From: a phage
Assembly (NCBI GenBank): GCA_012455605.1
Contig: GCA_012455605.1_3618.1
Strand: one strand, 5' to 3'
DNA: 64,000 nucleotides
Below the pieces are notes generated by a model. The model saw only the letters and a program-made list of their open reading frames with translations. It had not been told where the DNA came from and searched no databases. Positions 56,878 through 64,000 of the stretch are shown piece by piece. The translations under genes and the position numbers were made by a program. Each line of letters opens with the position of its first letter. Positions within the stretch are counted from its first letter, which is position 1.

Positions 56878-57861
56878 TTAGATTATCTGAATCAGGGTAT
56901 TTTTCATTTCTTCTCTGGTGCGGATGTTGTTACGGTCACGAACAACAGATCCACAACCTTCGCAGCGGTATGTTTTAAATGCACTCAGTTGAGTATATGC
57001 CAAAGCTTCTTCCTCGTGAAGGTGTTCTCCACCACATCGTGGGCAACGAACCTTTGGCTCCTCGTCCTGGTAGTACAATGACATGTTTGGGTGCTGCTTA
57101 GCAAACGGGCGAGCCAGCAAATACAGTCCTTCCAGAGACAGGATATCACCAACATTATACTCCCGCATCTGTTTAAATGCCTCAAGATCGCCATGGACAC
57201 ACTTGATCCACATTTCAAATGTGTGATCAATCAGTTTCTGTCGGGCCAGTTGGAAGTATTTGCATGCATACTCCAAAGTGTTTGCATTCAAACGGAATGC
57301 CTTCTTGATCATTTTAAGGGTGTCAACCTCTTTGTAGGGGCTTGTTGGAGGCAACCCGTGAAATGCAAATCGTTGGTTGGCCCACCCGCAGTCAAAACCT
57401 GAATTGTGGGCTACTGCGACATCGCATTTATCCAGATAATACCACAAATCCTGAATCAATTCGAGATCATTGTGAATATCCTCATCCCACATTTTGTAAT
57501 CGGGAAGAGCGCAGTCAACCACACTAGGGCTGTCTAACCACTTACCTGCGAAAGTTAGCATATAAGGCATAACTTCAATACCACAGGTTTGAATGTTGGT
57601 CTTATAGTGCCCAAAGAACCAGCCGTTTGTTGGGGATGTCTCTGTATCATACACCCAAACTTTAGCGCCTTTGTGCTCTTCAAGGAAGCGCTCCGTTGCT
57701 TCTCCTACAATCTCTGACATATTCTCTTGTGCACGTTTAAGCTGTAGTCGGATCCAGCTCTCACGTGACTCACGACCTAAAAATTCACGAGCAATTTGTC
57801 TATTAGTGTATCCCTGTTGCTTTAGTGTTAAAATTTGCTCAAGAGTTAACTTTGTCATCAT
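56878..57861 (-). CDS. DEDD-family 3'-5' exonuclease with N-terminal HTH and C-terminal zinc ribbon
   Basis: Exo I VYDTETS, Exo II AHNSGFDCGW; N-terminal GYTNRQIAREF HTH-like; C-terminal CPRCGG...CEGCGS. Confidence 0.65.
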   Translation of the reverse strand: MMTKLTLEQILTLKQQGYTNRQIAREFLGRESRESWIRLQLKRAQENMSEIVGEATERFLEEHKGAKVWVYDTETSPTNGWFFGHYKTNIQTCGIEVMPYMLTFAGKWLDSPSVVDCALPDYKMWDEDIHNDLELIQDLWYYLDKCDVAVAHNSGFDCGWANQRFAFHGLPPTSPYKEVDTLKMIKKAFRLNANTLEYACKYFQLARQKLIDHTFEMWIKCVHGDLEAFKQMREYNVGDILSLEGLYLLARPFAKQHPNMSLYYQDEEPKVRCPRCGGEHLHEEEALAYTQLSAFKTYRCEGCGSVVRDRNNIRTREEMKNTLIQII

Positions 57862-57873
57862 CGTTAAGATTCC

Positions 57874-58095
57874 TTAGTAAAACTGAAGAATGTCTTTTAA
57901 AGCGAAGTCACGATATTCGCCCTTGTCTACATCGAAGGCACGCATCAACCACTGCTCTTCTTTATGATACTCTGTAGAACCAAACCATAAATTAGGCTCA
58001 GTAACGCAGCGATCTGCAACAACACCTTTCCAGTTACGGTATTTCATCCTGATCAGGACCGAGTCGCAAGGATTGAATACCTTTTTCATCCCCAT
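57874..58095 (-). CDS. hypothetical protein
   Basis: 73 aa. Confidence 0.4.
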   Translation of the reverse strand: MGMKKVFNPCDSVLIRMKYRNWKGVVADRCVTEPNLWFGSTEYHKEEQWLMRAFDVDKGEYRDFALKDILQFY

Positions 58096-58639
58096 AGAAA
58101 TCTCTCTCCTCAGTTTTCTTTATAAACTCCTGCATGTAGAACTCAATAGCCTCATGCTTGGTGCACTCCGGATCAATGACAAGATTGAGATCTGATTCTG
58201 CTCGTGCAATAATCGTAGCTTTAGAGCATCGCCTCAAGAACTTTGTCATATCATCTCTGTAGTTTTTGTGGAGCGGGAAGTCGCTGTAGTCTTTCTCCAA
58301 ATAGTCAGCAATCCGGCGCAACGCCTCTGATAAACTGCAATCTGTATACTCGTTACAGTATTTCATCCAGTATTTAAGCACATACCCCTCAAAGGTATTA
58401 GTGCATTGAGACAAAACACCCCTGCAACGACCAGTCAGATGATCATGATCTAAACAAGGCTTACGAAGTGGCTCGCACAAGATCGGATCAAGACCATCCT
58501 GCTCCTCTGACAATTCTTTTCGAAAGTTGGCTATGTCCTTAGAATCTTTTAACCACCCGTTATGAACTGGGGCTTTGACAGCTTTCTTTCTTATTTTACG
58601 CTTTGCGATAATCCCTCCAGATGAGCCCTGCCTATCCAA
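58034..58639 (-). CDS. recombination endonuclease VII-like
   Basis: CLDHDHLTGRCRGVLSQCTN matches the Endo VII zinc/HxDH core. Confidence 0.7.
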   Translation of the reverse strand: MDRQGSSGGIIAKRKIRKKAVKAPVHNGWLKDSKDIANFRKELSEEQDGLDPILCEPLRKPCLDHDHLTGRCRGVLSQCTNTFEGYVLKYWMKYCNEYTDCSLSEALRRIADYLEKDYSDFPLHKNYRDDMTKFLRRCSKATIIARAESDLNLVIDPECTKHEAIEFYMQEFIKKTEERDFYGDEKGIQSLRLGPDQDEIP

Positions 58640-59220
58640 TAAGCATCTGCGAGATCGGCCTTACCTTGTACCAAATTGATCCCGTCTAGGAACCCAGGTT
58701 CAGATACTTCGCAGGCCTTAACCATCAACTTTTTATCCATTGTAACAGGTTTCTTCACAGTATGCTCTTTACCTGTCTTTTTGTCAAGCTTTTTCTTCTC
58801 CTCAAAAGCAAGTTCTTCAGGAAGATGACTACGAGCAAACTTTTTGGCAGTTGTTGGTGTCACTGTGTGGACCTTAAACAGGCCGTCATTTTCACAATCA
58901 GCTAAGGCATCCCAAAGCATAATTTCAAGACCGTAAAACAACCCAGCCAGTTCACGTGTGGCATCCCCGCGTGATCCAAAGGAAAGCCCTTCCATAACCA
59001 CGGTGTCAACGTGATGCGTGTGGATATAATATCTGACCTGTTTGCAGATCCAGTCAATACGCTCAGCAGCTGTTGCAAAAGAAACCGTCCCTGGTTTCTT
59101 CTCTTTTGCAGATGAGCTTTGAGTTCGTAACACAACCTTATGAACAGGCTTTCCATCGTCCCATACAACGCAAGCTGTGTGTGTCAACGACTGGTCTATG
59201 GATAATAGACGCTCTCTCAT
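58591..59220 (-). CDS. RuvC-like Holliday junction resolvase
   Basis: LSIDQSLTHTACVVWD (first Asp), VVMEG (Glu), DAYWIGRAHLE (C-terminal Asp) in RuvC-like order. Confidence 0.55.
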   Translation of the reverse strand: MRERLLSIDQSLTHTACVVWDDGKPVHKVVLRTQSSSAKEKKPGTVSFATAAERIDWICKQVRYYIHTHHVDTVVMEGLSFGSRGDATRELAGLFYGLEIMLWDALADCENDGLFKVHTVTPTTAKKFARSHLPEELAFEEKKKLDKKTGKEHTVKKPVTMDKKLMVKACEVSEPGFLDGINLVQGKADLADAYWIGRAHLEGLSQSVK

Positions 59221-59552
59221 GCTTCCTCATCCTCCTCTCCTTCATCAGGAGCATAAGCCTTATCTTTGAACAAGACGAGAGAGCAAAGCTTAACATCTGT
59301 TTCCACACTGGTGAACATGCATAACCGCTCGCCCTCAATCAACTCACAATCCTCTTTTAAAACAGCAGACCATACACGGTCATCTGCGTAATCATCTGTG
59401 TACAGGATGTATGAAATAGTGTCATCTTCATACAACCGCCACATACCTGTGGCAACAATAAATGTATTTTTTGTTTTAATGGTCCCTGTTGTATGATCAT
59501 CCTCAAAAACAGCTTCCATAATTGCACTATCTACAGAATTTTTAGTCATCAA
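59217..59552 (-). CDS. hypothetical protein
   Basis: 111 aa. Confidence 0.45.
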   Translation of the reverse strand: MMTKNSVDSAIMEAVFEDDHTTGTIKTKNTFIVATGMWRLYEDDTISYILYTDDYADDRVWSAVLKEDCELIEGERLCMFTSVETDVKLCSLVLFKDKAYAPDEGEEDEEA

Positions 59553-60688
59553 ATTGCTCCAACATTTCTAAGAACGTTAACAAGTTTTGTTTGATCATTG
59601 AATGTTCGCTTCATATACAAACAGTCAAAAATTATACTCATCCATTGACCTACGGAAATTCTACGATCAACACCATTGAAGTCAGTATACTTAACAACAC
59701 CTTTCGGGAACCACTTCTTGTACTGATCAATAATAGCCACCCACATCTCCTTTGGAGTGCTGCACTGAGACAGTAGGTAGAATGCTGAGGCATCCCCGAA
59801 CTTACCCTTACCGATAAGTCCTTGATACGGCTTGATGTTGTCAGCAGAGTCACCACACAGCATTTGGTATCCGAAGAACAGCATTCCGTAACCACCAACC
59901 TCTCCATTAGGCTTCATGAAGATGTTACCCATACCGTTATCGATCAGCATAGGGGTTTCCCTTACAAAATCTCCCTTATCGTTTCGCATGGGATCGAACA
60001 CAAGCCCCGGTAGTGTTCTTTGGTCCTTATCAATAGAGATAATAAACTTGTTGAACTTACCTGTTTTTTGGTAGTGGTTCCAACCTTCAAATTGCTGGAT
60101 AGCTAACCAGTCATCAGCCTCTATACCGTTGATCACTTGAGCATTATACTGCTTTTGGAGATACTGTCTTGCATCTCCAAGCAGCAGTGGTCGAAGAGTA
60201 TTGTTACGGTTGGCTTTATATCTTTCCGGCATGGGAAGATCTAGTCTGAAATTACCTGTGCCCCCAAGTACCCCCACGCACCGATCTTCCGGAATACCGA
60301 GATAATTAAGGACTGCATTAGCTTTACACTTAATTGTGTGCAAGCAGTTCTCTACAGGATCAGGGGTTTGGATATCCAAGACATCGAAATCTTCCCGTGT
60401 CCACGGAATAAACTCCTTGCCAGCCTTTTTACATGCAGCTTCACGGTTGGTATTCTCAGCTTTTAACCAACCACCAACGGTGTTCTTCTGCCGCCCCCAG
60501 AACTCTGTTCGTGTTTTAAACATCTTCTTACGTCCGGAGGCTTTGTGTGTTACCTCAATTGTCCTTTTTTCACAACTTGCTGCAGCTTGATATGCAACCT
60601 GATCGAAGTCATAATAAACTATAGCGTCAGGTTCAAGAAGATCAGCCAGACAATCTATGGACTCAATAAGTGGATATTCTCTACTCAA
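59549..60688 (-). CDS. 5'-3' exonuclease / flap endonuclease (FEN family)
   Basis: YKANR, GIEADD and H3TH GDSADNIKPYQGLIGKG motifs. Confidence 0.85.
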   Translation of the reverse strand: MSREYPLIESIDCLADLLEPDAIVYYDFDQVAYQAAASCEKRTIEVTHKASGRKKMFKTRTEFWGRQKNTVGGWLKAENTNREAACKKAGKEFIPWTREDFDVLDIQTPDPVENCLHTIKCKANAVLNYLGIPEDRCVGVLGGTGNFRLDLPMPERYKANRNNTLRPLLLGDARQYLQKQYNAQVINGIEADDWLAIQQFEGWNHYQKTGKFNKFIISIDKDQRTLPGLVFDPMRNDKGDFVRETPMLIDNGMGNIFMKPNGEVGGYGMLFFGYQMLCGDSADNIKPYQGLIGKGKFGDASAFYLLSQCSTPKEMWVAIIDQYKKWFPKGVVKYTDFNGVDRRISVGQWMSIIFDCLYMKRTFNDQTKLVNVLRNVGAI

Positions 60689-60989
60689 AGACCCTCCTGT
60701 TAGTTATTCTGCAAGATGGTTGGATGCTGTAATGGAATGCATCATCACTTTCTGCAATAAGTGACTCAACATCCCAATACTTTTCAAAAAGGAACGGATT
60801 AGAACCCCAGTGATGAGTTATTTTCATCAAGGAGTCTGGTATCAGATAACCAGAGATCTTAACTACATCGCCAGGTTGAATTGTGTTTTCATGAAGGTTG
60901 CTTGCCTTCTTCAGGATCATACCTTTATGATTCTCGTTTGCATACAACTGGACAATATCTTTATCTTCAACAATAAAAATTTTAAGCAT
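60681..60989 (-). CDS. hypothetical protein
   Basis: 102 aa. Confidence 0.45.
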   Translation of the reverse strand: MLKIFIVEDKDIVQLYANENHKGMILKKASNLHENTIQPGDVVKISGYLIPDSLMKITHHWGSNPFLFEKYWDVESLIAESDDAFHYSIQPSCRITNRRVFE

Positions 60990-61048
60990 ATCTAGTTCTC
61001 CTGGTTTATAAATATCTGAACGATAATATCAGATTAATAACACTTTTG

Positions 61049-61342
61049 TCAAGACTTTTTAGTCTTTCTTGGAGAGCTTTTTGTTGATCTTTTCCTTTTG
61101 TGGTAGATTCCAAGTGCAGCGTTTTCTTGGGCGCACGTTTTAACAGTTCTCAGACAAGAACTTTCAGCTTTAGGCAGGTTTAACTCCCACCAACCAAGCC
61201 AGTAAAGTTCTGATTCAGACAACTGCTCAGATTCAGCCTTCCGATACAAGGCTTGCATACCTCTGATGATATCGTCCAGAGGTGTATCGAATACAAAAGC
61301 TGTCTTATCGAATTTCTCTTTTACAGGTCTCTTAGCCATCAA
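61049..61342 (-). CDS. hypothetical basic protein
   Basis: 97 aa with Lys/Arg-rich C-terminus. Confidence 0.45.
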   Translation of the reverse strand: MMAKRPVKEKFDKTAFVFDTPLDDIIRGMQALYRKAESEQLSESELYWLGWWELNLPKAESSCLRTVKTCAQENAALGIYHKRKRSTKSSPRKTKKS

Positions 61343-61847
61343 GGTAACCCTCTATCCACGAAAAGTCAGTCTTCCATTCTGGAACTTTACTAAGCTCACG
61401 CCACTCTGCAAAGCAGTCTCGGTAATACGCCTCTGCCATACCTTTAGTGATCTTATTCACCTTAGCCAACTGATTAACTGCCTGAGCATACTTTCCACGG
61501 ATATTTGCTAACCCAGGATGCACCGATGTGTGACAATCTGGGCATAATGCTATCAGTCCGACAAGCCGGATCACTCCCTCTTCGAAAGTGTAAAGTTCAT
61601 GACACTCCACTGGGTGTTTGCTGCCTTTACCGCCGCACACCTCACAGGTGTAGTTGGCTTCTCTATAGCACTTCTTGCGGATCTTATCCCACTCACTCTT
61701 CTTCACAGCGTTTCGGAGGTTATTATACCAAGCTGTTTCTGGGATCAGTTGCACAATAAGCCTTCGTTCAGACTTCATTAAACGTCCGTCTTCCACGTGT
61801 TCTCCCTCATTCAAAGAAATGGGTGCGAGGGCAGGAACCTGCCTCAC
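61332..61847 (-). CDS. HNH endonuclease (McrA-like zinc-binding HNH)
   Basis: CEVCGG...ECHELY...LCPDCHTSVH pattern. Confidence 0.6.
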   Translation of the reverse strand: MRQVPALAPISLNEGEHVEDGRLMKSERRLIVQLIPETAWYNNLRNAVKKSEWDKIRKKCYREANYTCEVCGGKGSKHPVECHELYTFEEGVIRLVGLIALCPDCHTSVHPGLANIRGKYAQAVNQLAKVNKITKGMAEAYYRDCFAEWRELSKVPEWKTDFSWIEGYLDG

Positions 61848-62076
61848 CTTGTTTCACAAGCTCGTAGAGCTCACCTTGGCTTGTCTCATAAAGGCAAATA
61901 CGTTTACCATTGTCACGATATACATCGACAATATACGCTGTTTCACCTGCAAACACGACACCACAGGCCAGACATGCCGCCATGAACAAAATTGCCAACA
62001 GAAAATCTTTCATGGTTAAACCCCCTCAAACATTTTATGAGGTAACAATACCACGTCCGTGTGGTTATGTCAATGA

Positions 62077-62838
62077 TCAATCCTCAACACAAGGTCTTGG
62101 ATAGCCTCTGGATAACTTCCACTCAGTTAGTGACATCCCTCCGTAGAGACAGTTTACTTCCCAAGACTTTCTTGCACAAACTGCCTCCCACCACGGATTT
62201 AGCCACTTCCTGTCGTTGAAGCATCTTAAGTTTCTTCCTTTGTTATCTCGTGCCCTCCAACAGGTATCTTTCTTAGACCAATCAATACCTGGCAGGATAT
62301 TATTCTTGTGCGGGTTTGGAACTATCTTTAAAGCCTCTTCCGGGTTGGCTATTGACCATTCAACCCTAGACTTAGCCTCTTCGAAAGTGTCAAAATCTCC
62401 CAACCTAACATTTACCCTATTTATCCTTCTACTTGCCCTCCACTTACCCTCTCTTTTCAGCCATACCACACCAGTCACTGTAGAGGTGTTATTGCTTTGC
62501 ACATTTTCCAAGGCTCTCTTACAGTAGTTATCCCAAGGCTTCAACATTTGAAGGTTTTCTATCTTGTCTACAGGCACTCCGTTAGTAGAATTTTTCTTAG
62601 AGACGATATGATCGATATGCCAAGTATCTGTGACACATCCGTAAAACATGTCAAAAATTTCCCTATGTCTGCCACGTTTAACATTTGTCAGCTTATTGTA
62701 CACTTGGAAATATCCAGTCTTTTTGTTGTAGTGTCCAGCCCTATTTCCATTCCTACTGTAGCCAGGTTTCCAAAAGATTAGATCACCATCCTTGTACCAA
62801 TAAGGATAGTAATCATTAAAAAAGAAATGTATCTTCAT
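62077..62838 (-). CDS. HNH homing endonuclease with AP2-like domain
   Basis: WHIDHIVSKKNSTNG...NLQML HNH_3 motif; GVVWLKREGKWRA AP2-like segment. Confidence 0.7.
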   Translation of the reverse strand: MKIHFFFNDYYPYWYKDGDLIFWKPGYSRNGNRAGHYNKKTGYFQVYNKLTNVKRGRHREIFDMFYGCVTDTWHIDHIVSKKNSTNGVPVDKIENLQMLKPWDNYCKRALENVQSNNTSTVTGVVWLKREGKWRASRRINRVNVRLGDFDTFEEAKSRVEWSIANPEEALKIVPNPHKNNILPGIDWSKKDTCWRARDNKGRNLRCFNDRKWLNPWWEAVCARKSWEVNCLYGGMSLTEWKLSRGYPRPCVED

Positions 62839-62892
62839 ATCTCAACACACCTCTGGTGTAGAAAGGTAGGCGAGTGGCCTACCTTTTGATCA

Positions 62893-63390
62893 TTAATCCA
62901 GAACAACACCTCCAAACTCTACAAATTTCTTAAGCAACTTGTCAATGGTTTTTGGATTTTGGTCGTACTGGTTGTATGGGAACGAAGCCCAAATATTTGA
63001 GGTCTTACGTATAGCAGATTTAATATGACCGTTATCTATGTCTTCAAGTGCTTTACGTTCCCTGATCAACTGGATTGCCCACTTATCCTGGCTATCTGGT
63101 CCAAAATCCGGCAACTTAAGCTGTTTTTTGTAGTGTTCCCAGTATTTGACAAGAAATTGATATTTACCGCAGGCTGTAGTTCTTTGCCCTTTTGAGTTAA
63201 ACACTTTACCAGGGCGACCGTTTGCAAAAGGGTGCGTAGAAAAATCTGTAAAGATTTCAGGTTTTCCGTCCATCCCGTATGCTACAACATCGTATCCTCC
63301 ACATTTGGTGGCAGGGTGGGTTGTTGTTCCCTCTGCCCAGCCAATAAGATCCAAGAAAGCTTTTCGTTGAATATTTTTATCAAGTTTCAT
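62893..63390 (-). CDS. endolysin, lambda R-type lytic transglycosylase
   Basis: QRKAFLD..GWAEGT, GGYDV, CGKYQFL..YW..YKKQL, NIWASFP align with lambda R along the whole length. Confidence 0.85.
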   Translation of the reverse strand: MKLDKNIQRKAFLDLIGWAEGTTTHPATKCGGYDVVAYGMDGKPEIFTDFSTHPFANGRPGKVFNSKGQRTTACGKYQFLVKYWEHYKKQLKLPDFGPDSQDKWAIQLIRERKALEDIDNGHIKSAIRKTSNIWASFPYNQYDQNPKTIDKLLKKFVEFGGVVLD

Positions 63391-63458
63391 TTTTCATACT
63401 CTCCAGTTTACTCATAACTAACCCGATCAACAACACTGCATAGTGTGGTTATGTAGGT

Positions 63459-63488
63459 GCCAATTGAAAAAACCTTCATTCAATTGGC
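63459..63488. other. perfect 10 bp inverted repeat (GCCAATTGAA-N10-TTCAATTGGC)
   Basis: Between the ligase stop and the lysozyme start; no U-tract, so more likely an operator or processing site than a terminator. Confidence 0.35.
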
Positions 63489-63515
63489 TACCGTTACCTA
63501 CTAAACCTTCCTACA

Positions 63516-64000
63516 TCATTCCAGAACCTCCCAAGTATCTGGGTTAACATTTCGGACGCAGATACCGACAGGGAATTGGTAGTTGTTGTCTTCTGTCCTT
63601 GCTTGATATTTGAAGGTGACAAACTTGCCGATCATTTCCTGCATCCTGTCATAGCTACGCTCCTCGTGCGTGCCTTTCATCTTCATTTTAACAACAACAC
63701 CTTCCTTGTCAACACAGATAAGAACACCTTCATCATTCTTATCTTTCTCAACGTCAATAACTTTCACCTCTGCGTCGTTGAACTTTTTCCATTTCAATGC
63801 TTCAGATGTTCGCTGACCATACTCATATTTACCACAGAAGTTACGCATAATGGTACCTTCATATCCTTCAGACATAAATATACCAACAGACTCTTCGCAC
63901 CGATCAACCGTATATGCAAGCTCTGCGTCAACAACCTTGATATGGTCAAGCATCAGAGTGGTAACGGTATCCTCTGCATCCATAAGATCCTTGCAGCGTC
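63516..64000 (-). CDS. ATP-dependent DNA ligase, C-terminal part (continues beyond the window)
   Basis: SEGYEGTIMR (motif IV EGxxxK/R-like) and ALKWKKF (motif V-like) then an OB-like tail; the adenylation KxDG motif would lie past position 64000. Confidence 0.55.
   Translation of the reverse strand, partial: RCKDLMDAEDTVTTLMLDHIKVVDAELAYTVDRCEESVGIFMSEGYEGTIMRNFCGKYEYGQRTSEALKWKKFNDAEVKVIDVEKDKNDEGVLICVDKEGVVVKMKMKGTHEERSYDRMQEMIGKFVTFKYQARTEDNNYQFPVGICVRNVNPDTWEVLE

Overview
This window reads as part of a large lytic tailed-phage (Caudoviricetes) genome, probably of a gamma-proteobacterial host (sigma70-like TTGACA/TATAAT promoters, AGGAGG-type ribosome-binding sites, a C-terminal DDDIPF tail identical to the E. 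coli SSB tip). All calls rest on motif recognition by eye; no database search was run. Plus-strand genes fill 1-28126: DNA methyltransferases, a primase-helicase, a family A DNA polymerase, an HNH endonuclease, an SSB-like protein, a macro-domain protein, and about 25 small genes that mostly carry their own promoter and terminator. Minus-strand genes fill 30602-64000: ligase (partial), lambda-R-like lysozyme, HNH endonucleases, flap endonuclease, RuvC-like and endonuclease VII resolvases, 3'-5' exonuclease, N6-adenine methyltransferases, dNMP kinase, 5'-nucleotidase, ThyX-like, NrdAB, glutaredoxin, NrdDG, PhoH, a ClpP-like protease, and about 35 small genes including an HPF homolog. The two blocks converge on a 2.4 kb non-coding, repeat-dense region (28.2-30.6 kb). 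No rRNA, tRNA or CRISPR array was found. The most interesting candidates are the macro-domain gene, the phage HPF, an atypical C5-methyltransferase-like gene, the small-protein array sharing an acidic C-terminal motif, and several repeat families.
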